From Alphaproteobacteria bacterium (GTDB lineage Bacteria; Pseudomonadota; Alphaproteobacteria; Bin95): DNA of 64,000 nucleotides. Both the position numbers and the translations under genes were made by a program. This document shows, piece by piece, positions 28,859 to 37,626 of this stretch. The DNA lies in NCBI GenBank assembly GCA_040263875.1, contig JBDQJI010000005.1:6496-70495 (forward strand), given 5' to 3'. Every line of letters begins with the position of its first letter. Position 1 is the first letter of the stretch. A model generated the notes under the pieces. It did no database searches, had not been told where the DNA came from, and worked only from the letters and a program-made list of their open reading frames with translations.

Positions 28859-30208
28859 ATGACCCAGACCCCAGATTTGCTTGACCGTTTGGCGAGCCTT
28901 GTCGATCAAGCAACGCGCGCTGGCGCAGACGCCGCAGACGCTGTCGTCGCTCAAAGCCGAGGCCTAGAGGTGGCTTATCGCATGGGCGAACGGGAAAGCC
29001 TGGAACGCGCTGAAAGCTTGGATTTGGGCCTACGTGTATTCGTTGGCGACCGCACGGCCTCTGTCGCATCGGGCGATCTTTCTGAAAAAACATTGGCCTC
29101 CCTTGTAGAGCGCGCCGTGGCGATGGCAAAAGCCGCACCGCCTGATCCTTCCGTGCTTTTAGCGACAGCGGATCAGGTATCGGATGGCTCCATTCCGCCA
29201 GGCCTTGATCTGATCGGCCCCGGCGAGCCATCCCCCGAAGAACTATCTGAGATGGCGAAAGCTGCGGAGGCAGCAATGCTGGAAGTTTCCGGCGTCACGA
29301 ATTCTGAGGGGGCGGGCGCCAGTTGGGGGCGGACGGATATCGCCCTCGCCACCACCAATGGCTTCACCGGCGCTTACGGGCGCACCAGTGCCGGATTCTC
29401 CTCCACCGCCATAGCTGAGCGGGATGGGCTGATGGAGCGGGACTACGATTATTCTTCCGCCACCCATTTGAGCGACCTCGCAGCGGCGGAAGTTGTTGGC
29501 CGCACGGCTGGCGAGCGGGCCGTTCGGCGCTTGGGTGCAAAACGCGTAAAATCCCAAGCCGTGCCGGTTGTGTTCGAGCAACGCCTTGCTGGCGGCCTAT
29601 TGCGCAACCTGTCTAGCGCCATCAATGGTGCCGCCATCGCGCGCGGCGTGTCTTTCTTGAAGGACAAGATGGGCGAGCAATTGTTCCAGCCGGGCGTGAC
29701 GATCATTGATAATCCGCTTCGTCCGCGCGGCATGGCCTCCCGCCCCTTTGACGCTGAAGGCCTGCCCGTCTCCGCGTTTGAGTTTATTCAGGACGGCGTG
29801 CTGCAAGCTTGGGTGATGGATTTACGAAGCGCCGGTAAGCTTGGCCTTGAAAGCAATGGGCGCGCTAGCCGCGGCATTGGCTCACCGCCAAGCCCAGCTG
29901 TATCCAACCTTGATATGCAGCCAGGCACCATGACGCCAAAAGCAATGATCGCTGGAATTGAAGACGGGTTCTACGTGACCGAACTGATCGGCAACGGCGC
30001 TGATATCGCGACAGGCGACTACAGCCGGGGTGCTTCCGGGTTCTGGATTGAAAATGGGGAAATCACCCACCCGGTCAACGAACTGACGATTGCCAGCAAT
30101 CTGAAGGACATGTTCCTGGCGCTAACGCCCGCCAACGATCTTGTGCGGCGGGGCAGTGTCAATGCGCCGACAGTTCGCATTGACGGCATGACGATCGCTG
30201 GCCAATAG
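28859..30208 (+). CDS. pmbA: TldE/PmbA-family metalloprotease
   Basis: 449 aa. The N-terminal LVDQATRAGADAADAVV ... LRVFVG pattern and the C-terminal PmbA_TldD domain are present. No tldD partner is in the window. Confidence 0.82.
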   Translation: MTQTPDLLDRLASLVDQATRAGADAADAVVAQSRGLEVAYRMGERESLERAESLDLGLRVFVGDRTASVASGDLSEKTLASLVERAVAMAKAAPPDPSVLLATADQVSDGSIPPGLDLIGPGEPSPEELSEMAKAAEAAMLEVSGVTNSEGAGASWGRTDIALATTNGFTGAYGRTSAGFSSTAIAERDGLMERDYDYSSATHLSDLAAAEVVGRTAGERAVRRLGAKRVKSQAVPVVFEQRLAGGLLRNLSSAINGAAIARGVSFLKDKMGEQLFQPGVTIIDNPLRPRGMASRPFDAEGLPVSAFEFIQDGVLQAWVMDLRSAGKLGLESNGRASRGIGSPPSPAVSNLDMQPGTMTPKAMIAGIEDGFYVTELIGNGADIATGDYSRGASGFWIENGEITHPVNELTIASNLKDMFLALTPANDLVRRGSVNAPTVRIDGMTIAGQ

Positions 30209-30239
30209 TCACTCGCAATAGCAGCTAAGGACGCGGCTT

Positions 30240-31442
30240 TTATTCAGCAGCGTCCGGTGCTGCAAAGCGGGCAGCGACTGCCGTGAAGCGTTCCACGATA
30301 AAGTCGATCTGATCTGGCGTGTGCGCGGCGGACACAGAGCAACGCAGGAGCGATGTGCTGTTCGGTGTGCCCGGTGGGATCGCCAAGTTCACGTATACGC
30401 CTTCATCCAGTAGCGCATTCCAGAATGCTGCCGCTTTGCCCGGGTCGCCCATATCAACGCCAATCACTGGGCTGGGGCTGGCGCAAAGCTTGAAGCCCGC
30501 GTCCGCAAGCCCTGCATGCAGGCGCTTAGCATTGGACCATATCTGATCCCGGAGCTCTGGCTGCGCTTTGATTTCGCGCAATGCGGCGCGTGTCGCCTCA
30601 ATACTGGCAGCCGAGGATGAGGCCGTGAACATGTAAGCCCTGGCCGCCACCCGAAGCAGATCAAACTGCGGCAAGCTCGAGGCTGCAAAACCGCCAATGC
30701 CAGCAAGGCTCTTAGAGAATGTACCGACCAGGATATCGCAATCCGCGAGCACGCCCTCAGCTTCCGCAAGGCCAAGGCCGTTCGGACCAAACACGCCGAA
30801 AGAATGCGCCTCATCAACGACCAAATAGGCGTTATGGCGTTTCTTCACCTCAATGAATTCCGCCAAGGGCGCCACATCACCGAACATGCTGTAGAGGCCT
30901 TCGGTGATCACCATTTTGTTCGATGCGTCTCGGTCCAACCGCGATAAACGGCGATCAAGCGATGCAGGATCATTGTGCGCAAACCGCACGATTTGCGCAC
31001 CGGAGAGCTTACAGGCGTCATAGATACTGGCGTGGCAATCAGCATCGATCAGCACGACGTCCTGCGGCCCAGCAAGACCGGCTACAACCGCGAGGTTGGC
31101 CTGATAGCCGGTCGTGAAGACAATCGCTTGATCTAGGCCGAAATGGGCCGCTAATTCTTCTTCAAGAAGTTTGTGCGGGCCGTAGGTGCCATTGGCAATA
31201 CGGGAGCCCGTTGTGCCAGCACCAAATTCAGCCGCCCCCTTCTGTGCGGCTGCAATAACATTCGGATCGAATGTCAGCCCGAGGTAATTATTGGTGCCAG
31301 CCAGCACAACTTCCGAATTGCCGATCATGCCAACCGTCGGCGAGATGATACGGTCAAACGCGACCTTGAACGGGTCCGCACCGATTGCGCGCAGCCCAGC
31401 ATAGGCTTCAGCAATCGGCTTAAACTTGTCGAATAGATCCAT
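30240..31442 (-). CDS. spt: Serine palmitoyltransferase-like alpha-oxoamine synthase
   Basis: PLP-dependent AOS-family protein of about 400 aa. Sits immediately upstream of an ACP gene in the Caulobacter-type sphingolipid arrangement. Confidence 0.8.
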   Translation of the reverse strand: MDLFDKFKPIAEAYAGLRAIGADPFKVAFDRIISPTVGMIGNSEVVLAGTNNYLGLTFDPNVIAAAQKGAAEFGAGTTGSRIANGTYGPHKLLEEELAAHFGLDQAIVFTTGYQANLAVVAGLAGPQDVVLIDADCHASIYDACKLSGAQIVRFAHNDPASLDRRLSRLDRDASNKMVITEGLYSMFGDVAPLAEFIEVKKRHNAYLVVDEAHSFGVFGPNGLGLAEAEGVLADCDILVGTFSKSLAGIGGFAASSLPQFDLLRVAARAYMFTASSSAASIEATRAALREIKAQPELRDQIWSNAKRLHAGLADAGFKLCASPSPVIGVDMGDPGKAAAFWNALLDEGVYVNLAIPPGTPNSTSLLRCSVSAAHTPDQIDFIVERFTAVAARFAAPDAAE

Positions 31443-31456
31443 GCCCGGTCCTCGGC

Positions 31457-31726
31457 TCAGTTATCGGCGCGGGCGCGGGCGACCACATCAGCGAAGTCGC
31501 CGACTGTCGTCACTTCGCTCAACAGATTGATCGGTACTGAAATATCGTAGGTGTCTTCCACCTCAAGCACGAAATCCATCACGGCAACGGAATCAACGTT
31601 CAGGTCTGCGTTGAAATCTGTGGCGCGGGTGATCGTGATGCCGCCCTTATTCAGCTTGTCCAGCATCCCGGCCAATTCGCCCATCAACTCGTCATGCGCA
31701 GCAGTGCCGACCATGTTCACTCTCAC
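31457..31726 (-). CDS. Acyl carrier protein (sphingolipid-pathway ACP)
   Basis: ACP-like DSVAVMDF phosphopantetheine-attachment Ser. The exact start is uncertain between MRVN, MVGT and MGEL. Confidence 0.7.
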   Translation of the reverse strand: MRVNMVGTAAHDELMGELAGMLDKLNKGGITITRATDFNADLNVDSVAVMDFVLEVEDTYDISVPINLLSEVTTVGDFADVVARARADN

Positions 31727-31760
31727 TTAGAACAGCGGCGCGCCCGATGCGGCGCGCGGA

Positions 31761-32741
31761 TTATCCAGCCTCTCTATACCATGCCAGCGTTCGCCTGAAA
31801 CCCGCCTCTAACGAAACTTCCGCTCGCCATTGTGGAAGGCTTCGCGCAGGATCGGCGATCCAGTCACCCGCGCGCATTTCTGAGACCTTGCCAGGCGTTA
31901 GAAATGGCGGCTGAAAACCGAGGGTACTGCTCATCCGGGCACCAATACCGCCAAATCCACCGATTGCGCTGATCAATGGCATCGGCAATCGTATTGGGCG
32001 GAGGCGTCGGCCTGCCGCGGCCTCGCCAGCTGCACGGATTTCACGCCAAGTATATCCACCAGCGCCATCATCTATCTCGTACACAGGATGGGCAGGTGAA
32101 GCAGCACCGAGCGCAGCCAGCGTCGCGGACGCAGCGTCGTCCACATAGATCATGGCGAGGCGGGCATCGATTGGCCCTGGCATGGGCGCAAAGCCCTTCG
32201 CCATGGCTTGAAACATCGGCTTCGTCGCTGCATCTGCTGGGCCGTAGATTGCCGGCGGGCGGATAATGGCGGACGGATGGCTTGCCAGAATGCGACGCAC
32301 ACCAGCCTCCGCAACTGCCTTACTCGCCGCATAGGGCGATACGCTCGGCCTACTCGCTGCAAGGGATGAGACAAGCACGAAAGGCGGCGCACCCGCAGCC
32401 AACACAGCCCGTGCAACGGCGTTAGCGCCAAGGGCATTAGCCGCCATGAAAGCGGCAGGGGACTGCGCGCGGACCAATCCGGCGTTGTGAATCACAGCGT
32501 CTGCGCCATCAACAAGCCGCTCGAGCGCCCCGCCATCGGCTAAATCGCCGGGCACAACCTCCCAAATACCATCCAAAACAACATCCGAGCGGCGCTGCAA
32601 TATCCGCACACGCCAACCGGCAGCACCTGCAAGTGCCGCAACGCGGCCGCCTAGAAAGCCCGTGGCACCGGTCAGCGCAAGCACCCGGCCAGCGCCATCC
32701 GCAATAGGAGAGGATATGTGAGGTTCAGAACGCGCCGACAT
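31761..32741 (-). CDS. NAD-dependent epimerase/dehydratase family reductase (bacterial ceramide reductase CerR-like)
   Basis: N-terminal Rossmann LTGATGFLGGRV. Its position between acp and the acyl-ACP synthetase matches the Caulobacter ceramide locus. Confidence 0.7.
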   Translation of the reverse strand: MSARSEPHISSPIADGAGRVLALTGATGFLGGRVAALAGAAGWRVRILQRRSDVVLDGIWEVVPGDLADGGALERLVDGADAVIHNAGLVRAQSPAAFMAANALGANAVARAVLAAGAPPFVLVSSLAASRPSVSPYAASKAVAEAGVRRILASHPSAIIRPPAIYGPADAATKPMFQAMAKGFAPMPGPIDARLAMIYVDDAASATLAALGAASPAHPVYEIDDGAGGYTWREIRAAGEAAAGRRLRPIRLPMPLISAIGGFGGIGARMSSTLGFQPPFLTPGKVSEMRAGDWIADPARSLPQWRAEVSLEAGFRRTLAWYREAG

Positions 32742-32753
32742 GCGCGCCAGCGA

Positions 32754-34580
32754 TTAGTCGCCGCCGGCGGCGGTCAGGGTCGAGTAAGCTGCATGCCGCA
32801 AGCCCATATCGGCCTCGGTGTCACCATAGCGGCCAGCCAGATAGTTCTCACGAGCGGCAGTGCGGCTGAGCTTACCAGAAGAGGTCATTGGCAGGCTACG
32901 CGGCTGCGCCAGAACCACCGTACAATCCACACCAGCCACCAAACGGGCGGCGGCGCGCACTTCACGCATCAGCTGACTGCGTGCTTCAGTTTCAGTCGCG
33001 CGGCACTGCACGACAACAACGACCCCCTCAGCACCGTCCTCATTCTCAACGGAGAACGCTGCAGCATCGCGACGCCGAATACCGCCCAGGCCTTCAACAG
33101 CCCATTCGATATCTTGCGGCCAGATATTCCGGCCATTGCAGATGATCAAGTCTTTGCCACGACCAGTGATCACCAGCTTGCCAGCAACCGTGTACCCCAT
33201 GTCACCGGTATCAAGCCAACCGGTTTTCGACAGCACATTCTTCGTAGCAGCGGGGTCGCCAAAGTAGCCATTCATGACGCTTGGGCCCCAGATATAAACC
33301 CGGCCAATCAAGCGGTCTGCCAAATCATTCCCGTGATCATCACGGATAGCCAGCTTATGGCCAGGCATCGGGCCGCCGCAGAACGCAAACGGGCGCACAG
33401 CGTTCTCACCGTCATCATCATTGCCAGGCTTGGCTTGCCCTGTCAGCGAGTAGTCGCGCTTCACGATTGCGTCGACTTCAATGCCCGTATTCAGCGGAGC
33501 AAACGATACTGCGAGCGTCGATTCCGCCAGACCATAGCTGGCGACAAAGGCGCGGCGGTCAAACTTGCTGGGTGCAAACGTTTCGGAGAAGCGCTCAAGA
33601 ATATCGGCGCGCACCATCTCACCACCGATGCCCGCGACCCGCCATTTAGACAGATCATAGTCATCAGCGCGGGCGCGACCAGCGCGGCGCAGGCAGATGT
33701 CGTAGCCAAAGGTTGGGCTGAAAGAGATCGTGCCGCCATTTTCAGAAAGCACTTTCAACCACGTTAGTGGGCGGCGTGCGAAGTCTGGCGTCGCAACGTA
33801 ATCGACTGAAAGCTGACCGAACACAGGCGTGAGGCAGCAACCAACAAGGCCCATGTCATGATAAAGCGGCAGCCAGGACATGCAGCGATCGCCGGGTCCA
33901 GCTTTAACACCATGGTTCACGATGCCCTGCACATTCGCTGCAACTGAACGATGCGACGCCGCTACCCCGTGCGGGAACCGCGTGCTGCCTGATGAGTATT
34001 GAATGTAGCAAATATCGTCTTCGGTGATTTTGGGCAGCCCGTTTTTACCGGCTGGCAGACGATAGAACTCGTCTGGCGTGCCAACCATCGGGGTCTGCAG
34101 GCCTTCTGCAGCTTCGCGCAGGTAGCCAATCAGGTCTTCAGATGCGACGGCGGCAGCAGCGCGCGCGCTCTGCATCATCCGTTTGAGCTGGCCGATGTAC
34201 GCATCCTTACCGCCCAGATGCATAGGGAACGGCAATGGCACTGGAATCAGGCCAGCATATTGGCAGCCATAGAAGAATGTCAGGAAGTCTGGCGTGGTTT
34301 CCGCGATAACAGCGAGGCGGTCGCCTTTTTTAAGGCCAGCGCCGCAAAGGCGGCCTGCCAGGTCGACTGCGCGCTCGCGCAAATCCGCATAGCTCAGCGA
34401 TTCAGAGAAGTCGCCGCGCCCGTCAAAGAAATTGAAGCCAGTTTCGCCACCCGCCGCGTAATCCAGGGCTTTAACGACTGTGCGGAAGCCTTCTGAGCGG
34501 AATGGGAGGCCGGAGTTAACCGTCGGCAGTGTTTTTTGCATGGCCGTTAAGGTGCGTCCCGGTTCAGGTGCGATATTCAT
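32754..34580 (-). CDS. Acyl-CoA/acyl-ACP synthetase (AMP-binding, FAAL-like) of the sphingolipid cluster
   Basis: AMP-binding motifs YSSGSTRFPHG and GYGLAEST. The start was chosen at the first ATG (MNIAPEPG), because the longer ORF begins at TTG. Confidence 0.8.
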   Translation of the reverse strand: MNIAPEPGRTLTAMQKTLPTVNSGLPFRSEGFRTVVKALDYAAGGETGFNFFDGRGDFSESLSYADLRERAVDLAGRLCGAGLKKGDRLAVIAETTPDFLTFFYGCQYAGLIPVPLPFPMHLGGKDAYIGQLKRMMQSARAAAAVASEDLIGYLREAAEGLQTPMVGTPDEFYRLPAGKNGLPKITEDDICYIQYSSGSTRFPHGVAASHRSVAANVQGIVNHGVKAGPGDRCMSWLPLYHDMGLVGCCLTPVFGQLSVDYVATPDFARRPLTWLKVLSENGGTISFSPTFGYDICLRRAGRARADDYDLSKWRVAGIGGEMVRADILERFSETFAPSKFDRRAFVASYGLAESTLAVSFAPLNTGIEVDAIVKRDYSLTGQAKPGNDDDGENAVRPFAFCGGPMPGHKLAIRDDHGNDLADRLIGRVYIWGPSVMNGYFGDPAATKNVLSKTGWLDTGDMGYTVAGKLVITGRGKDLIICNGRNIWPQDIEWAVEGLGGIRRRDAAAFSVENEDGAEGVVVVVQCRATETEARSQLMREVRAAARLVAGVDCTVVLAQPRSLPMTSSGKLSRTAARENYLAGRYGDTEADMGLRHAAYSTLTAAGGD

Positions 34581-34677
34581 TGAATCGCCCAACAAGTTTG
34601 TGACAAAACAGATTCTGGCGCAAAAAGTCAACGCCTGAGCCCATCATCTCCAATGGATTAATATTCAACGACCATCG

Positions 34678-34699
34678 CTGTGCTGGCGTTCCAGCACAG
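34678..34699. promoter_or_regulatory. 9-bp perfect inverted repeat CTGTGCTGG-cgtt-CCAGCACAG in the divergent promoter region upstream of the sphingolipid operon
   Basis: Read directly from the sequence. Lies about 100 nt upstream of the acyl-ACP synthetase start. Confidence 0.35.
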
Positions 34700-34939
34700 G
34701 GCTCATACGCGAATTAAGTCCGCGCGAAGCGACTGAATTGCATAAACCCTGGGCGCTCGCCAATGCGGCTCGACGCCACATGGCCCTATTCGACCCCTTC
34801 CCACCTGTTGCCATTAAGTTAACGGATGAGGAGTCAGAGGTAAACGGGGGAGTTGCCCACAGGCAAAAACCGGGCGACAACTTGGCCCTCATGGCATGAT
34901 TTCTATGCCTCAACTCGTGCCGACTGGATCACACGCCCT

Positions 34940-35278
34940 ATGTCCCAAGACAATTTGCCCGCACGGACGCTCGCTATGGCAGCCATACGTGCGGCTGAAG
35001 CGCAGGGCGGCGGCGGCATGGTGCTAAAGCGAGGCGACGCCGGATCTGGCGTGATTATGATCAAGGTGATGGATCGAACGGGGCAGTCCGTTGTCTATAG
35101 TCAAACCCGCGATCCAGATGGTCGCCCCGTATGGTTCCGCCCAACCGGCCCAGACCCTGTGCCAGAAACTGAGGCTGATGAGAGGCTTGCCCGTGAGCGC
35201 AAGTTTGACCCAGACATCTGGATTATTGAGGTACAAAATGACGCATTAAGCCATCCGCTAGACCCGGAGATGCTTTAA
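34940..35278 (+). CDS. Conserved alphaproteobacterial hypothetical protein, DUF1491-like
   Basis: LKRGDAGSGVIMIKV ... VYSQTRDPDGRPVW ... FDPDIWIIEV resembles DUF1491 members as I remember them. Confidence 0.55.
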   Translation: MSQDNLPARTLAMAAIRAAEAQGGGGMVLKRGDAGSGVIMIKVMDRTGQSVVYSQTRDPDGRPVWFRPTGPDPVPETEADERLARERKFDPDIWIIEVQNDALSHPLDPEML

Positions 35279-35369
35279 AGTACTTGCGTCACTTGTATGT
35301 GCGGCGCATGGTGCGACAACCTTAAATCCGGACGCATTTGTCCGAAAATCTCTCCAAAACGGCGCCAGA

Positions 35370-36290
35370 ATGCACGTTTACCTGCCCATCGCGGAAATTT
35401 CGGTCAATGTATTCCTGCTGCTGGGAATGGGTGCGGGTGTCGGTGTCCTCTCCGGTTTATTTGGGGTCGGCGGCGGCTTTCTAATGACGCCACTGCTGAT
35501 ATTCATCGGCGTCCCTCCCGCTGTCGCCGTTGGATCTGAAGCAAACCAGCTCGTTGCTACCTCTATCACTGGCGTGCTGGCCCACTGGCGACGAAAAAGC
35601 GTCGATTTCAAAATGGGATCTGTGCTGCTGGTGGGCGGTGTGATCGGCTCTACCGGCGGCGTGTTCCTATTTAAGGCATTGCAAAAGCTTGGCCAGATCG
35701 ATCTGGTGATATCGCTTTGCTATGTCGTCTTCCTGGGCATTATCGGCTTGCTGATGTTCTCAGAATCCATGCGCTCCATGCTGAAGCAGAAGCGCGGTGT
35801 CGCCAGGCGCGGCAAGCTACATAAGCATACTTGGGTGCACGGCCTGCCATTCAAGATGCGATTCCATAAGTCCAGACTATACGTCTCAGCATTGCTGCCG
35901 CTGTTTGTCGGCATGCTGGTTGGCGTTCTGGCGGCAATCATGGGTGTCGGCGGCGGCTTTATTATGGTGCCGGCCATGATCTATTTGATCGGCATGCCAA
36001 CGTCCGTCGTTGCGGGCACATCGCTTTTCCAAATTTTGTTCGTCGTAGCCAACGTTACGTTCTTGCAGGCGTGGCAGAACCAAACTGTTGATATCTTGCT
36101 GGCATTGCTGCTGCTGGTTGGCTCTGTGCTTGGCGTGCAGGTCGGCATCCGGCTTGGTGCGAAACTCCCAAGCGAACAGTTCCGCGTGCTACTGGCCGTG
36201 CTCGTGTTGCTAACATGCGGCAAGCTGGCGTTTGATCTGATCGCGACCCCGGGCAATCCATTCTCCCTAGCCTTGGGGGGCGGACATTGA
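35370..36290 (+). CDS. Sulfite exporter TauE/SafE family membrane protein
   Basis: Duplicated LSGLFGVGGGFLMTPLL and GVGGGFIMVPAMIYL motifs in an 8-TM protein. Confidence 0.85.
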   Translation: MHVYLPIAEISVNVFLLLGMGAGVGVLSGLFGVGGGFLMTPLLIFIGVPPAVAVGSEANQLVATSITGVLAHWRRKSVDFKMGSVLLVGGVIGSTGGVFLFKALQKLGQIDLVISLCYVVFLGIIGLLMFSESMRSMLKQKRGVARRGKLHKHTWVHGLPFKMRFHKSRLYVSALLPLFVGMLVGVLAAIMGVGGGFIMVPAMIYLIGMPTSVVAGTSLFQILFVVANVTFLQAWQNQTVDILLALLLLVGSVLGVQVGIRLGAKLPSEQFRVLLAVLVLLTCGKLAFDLIATPGNPFSLALGGGH

Positions 36291-37030
36291 GAGCCTTCAG
36301 CTTCATTCTCGCCTTAGTCGCCGCCGCAACGCTCACGCGCGCCGCGATAGCACAGATCGCCGTTGACCTCTCCAAGCACCAGATTGAGATCACATCCGGG
36401 TTTGACGGGGCAGAACTTCTACTATTTGGCTATGACACCAGGGGCGGTGAAGTTGTGGTCATCGTTCGTGGCCCACCAGAGACCATATCTGTCCGCGAAA
36501 AAGAACGCACAGCTGGAATATGGATCAACCAGGATGAAGTGACGTTCAAGAACGCCCCGAGCTTCTATTTCGTGGCGACAACGGAAGGCCTGCGCGGTGA
36601 CGGCAAGCTTGAGACAATCTTGGAGAGTCTTGGCGTTGGCCCCCGCTATCTTGGCATGGCACCGGTTGATAGCAGTCTCAGCCCAGAGCGAGTTAATCAG
36701 TTCAGAGAGGCACTGATCACCCTCCGCGAACGCGACCAGCTCTATGCTAAGGAACCTGGCCACGTGCTCATGCGTGAGGACCGGCTATTCCGAACCCAGG
36801 TGCCCTTCCCCTCCTCAACACCCATCGGCGACTACACTGTTACAGTATATGAGGTGATTGATGGCTGGCCCGTTTTAGGTACTGAAACGCCCCTACGCGT
36901 TCGAAAAGCGGGCTTTGGCGCATTCGTTTACAACACGGCCCACGACCATCCAGCGCTCTATGGGATAGTTGCTATTCTGATCGCCCTCGTTGCAGGATGG
37001 TTTGGCGGATGGGCGTTCCGAAAATCATGA
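36287..37030 (+). CDS. TIGR02186-like (alph_Pro_TM) putative membrane protein, partner of TauE/SafE
   Basis: Signal peptide, periplasmic body, C-terminal TM (IVAILIALVAGWFGGWAF). TTG start overlaps the TauE stop (TTGA). Confidence 0.6.
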   Translation: MRAFSFILALVAAATLTRAAIAQIAVDLSKHQIEITSGFDGAELLLFGYDTRGGEVVVIVRGPPETISVREKERTAGIWINQDEVTFKNAPSFYFVATTEGLRGDGKLETILESLGVGPRYLGMAPVDSSLSPERVNQFREALITLRERDQLYAKEPGHVLMREDRLFRTQVPFPSSTPIGDYTVTVYEVIDGWPVLGTETPLRVRKAGFGAFVYNTAHDHPALYGIVAILIALVAGWFGGWAFRKS

Positions 37031-37081
37031 CGGACACGTTCATGATTTCCGTGGGGGCCGAATTTCCGTGAGGGTACGACC

Positions 37082-37579
37082 ATGACTAAGGAGCCGATGT
37101 CGGACCCAGTGCGCAAGAATCGCGTACTGCTTTGCGTGCTTGATGGCAGTGAGGAGCTGTCCATCGCATTGCACTATGCATCCATGCGCTCACTGCGCAC
37201 CGGCGCACGTGTTGGGCTGCTTTATGTGCTTGAGCAAGCGGACGAGTTTGGCCATTGGGCTGGCGTCGCTGCACTCATGCGGGAAGAAGCGCGTGCAGAG
37301 GCTGAACGACTACTTCTGCAAGCGGCAGAGGTCGTCAAACGGCTGAGCGGTCAGACGCCGATCCTTTATATTAGCGAGGGCGAGCCGTCTCAGGCTGTCA
37401 TTGACCTTATCAATGAAGACCGGGACATCGCCTTCTTGATTTTGGCCGCCAACACCGAAGGCCAAGGCCCTGGTCCATTGGTCACCCAGATTACCAGCCG
37501 CCATATCGGCAGCCTGCATATTCCCGTCGTTGTTGTTCCAGGGAATATGTCAGATGATGAAATTCGGTCATTTGCTTGA
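37082..37579 (+). CDS. Universal stress protein (UspA family)
   Basis: USP fold pattern VLLCVLDGSE ... LYVLE ... IPVVVVPG. Confidence 0.75.
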   Translation: MTKEPMSDPVRKNRVLLCVLDGSEELSIALHYASMRSLRTGARVGLLYVLEQADEFGHWAGVAALMREEARAEAERLLLQAAEVVKRLSGQTPILYISEGEPSQAVIDLINEDRDIAFLILAANTEGQGPGPLVTQITSRHIGSLHIPVVVVPGNMSDDEIRSFA

Positions 37580-37626
37580 AGCCATGGCCCACCACTTATG
37601 CCCGGCCCGCTCTACCGTGAGGACTT

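Noticed and set aside
30209-30239. Intrinsic terminator between pmbA and spt
   Set aside because: Only short imperfect stems (GGACGC/GCGTCC with a 15-nt loop) and no clean stem followed by a U-tract.
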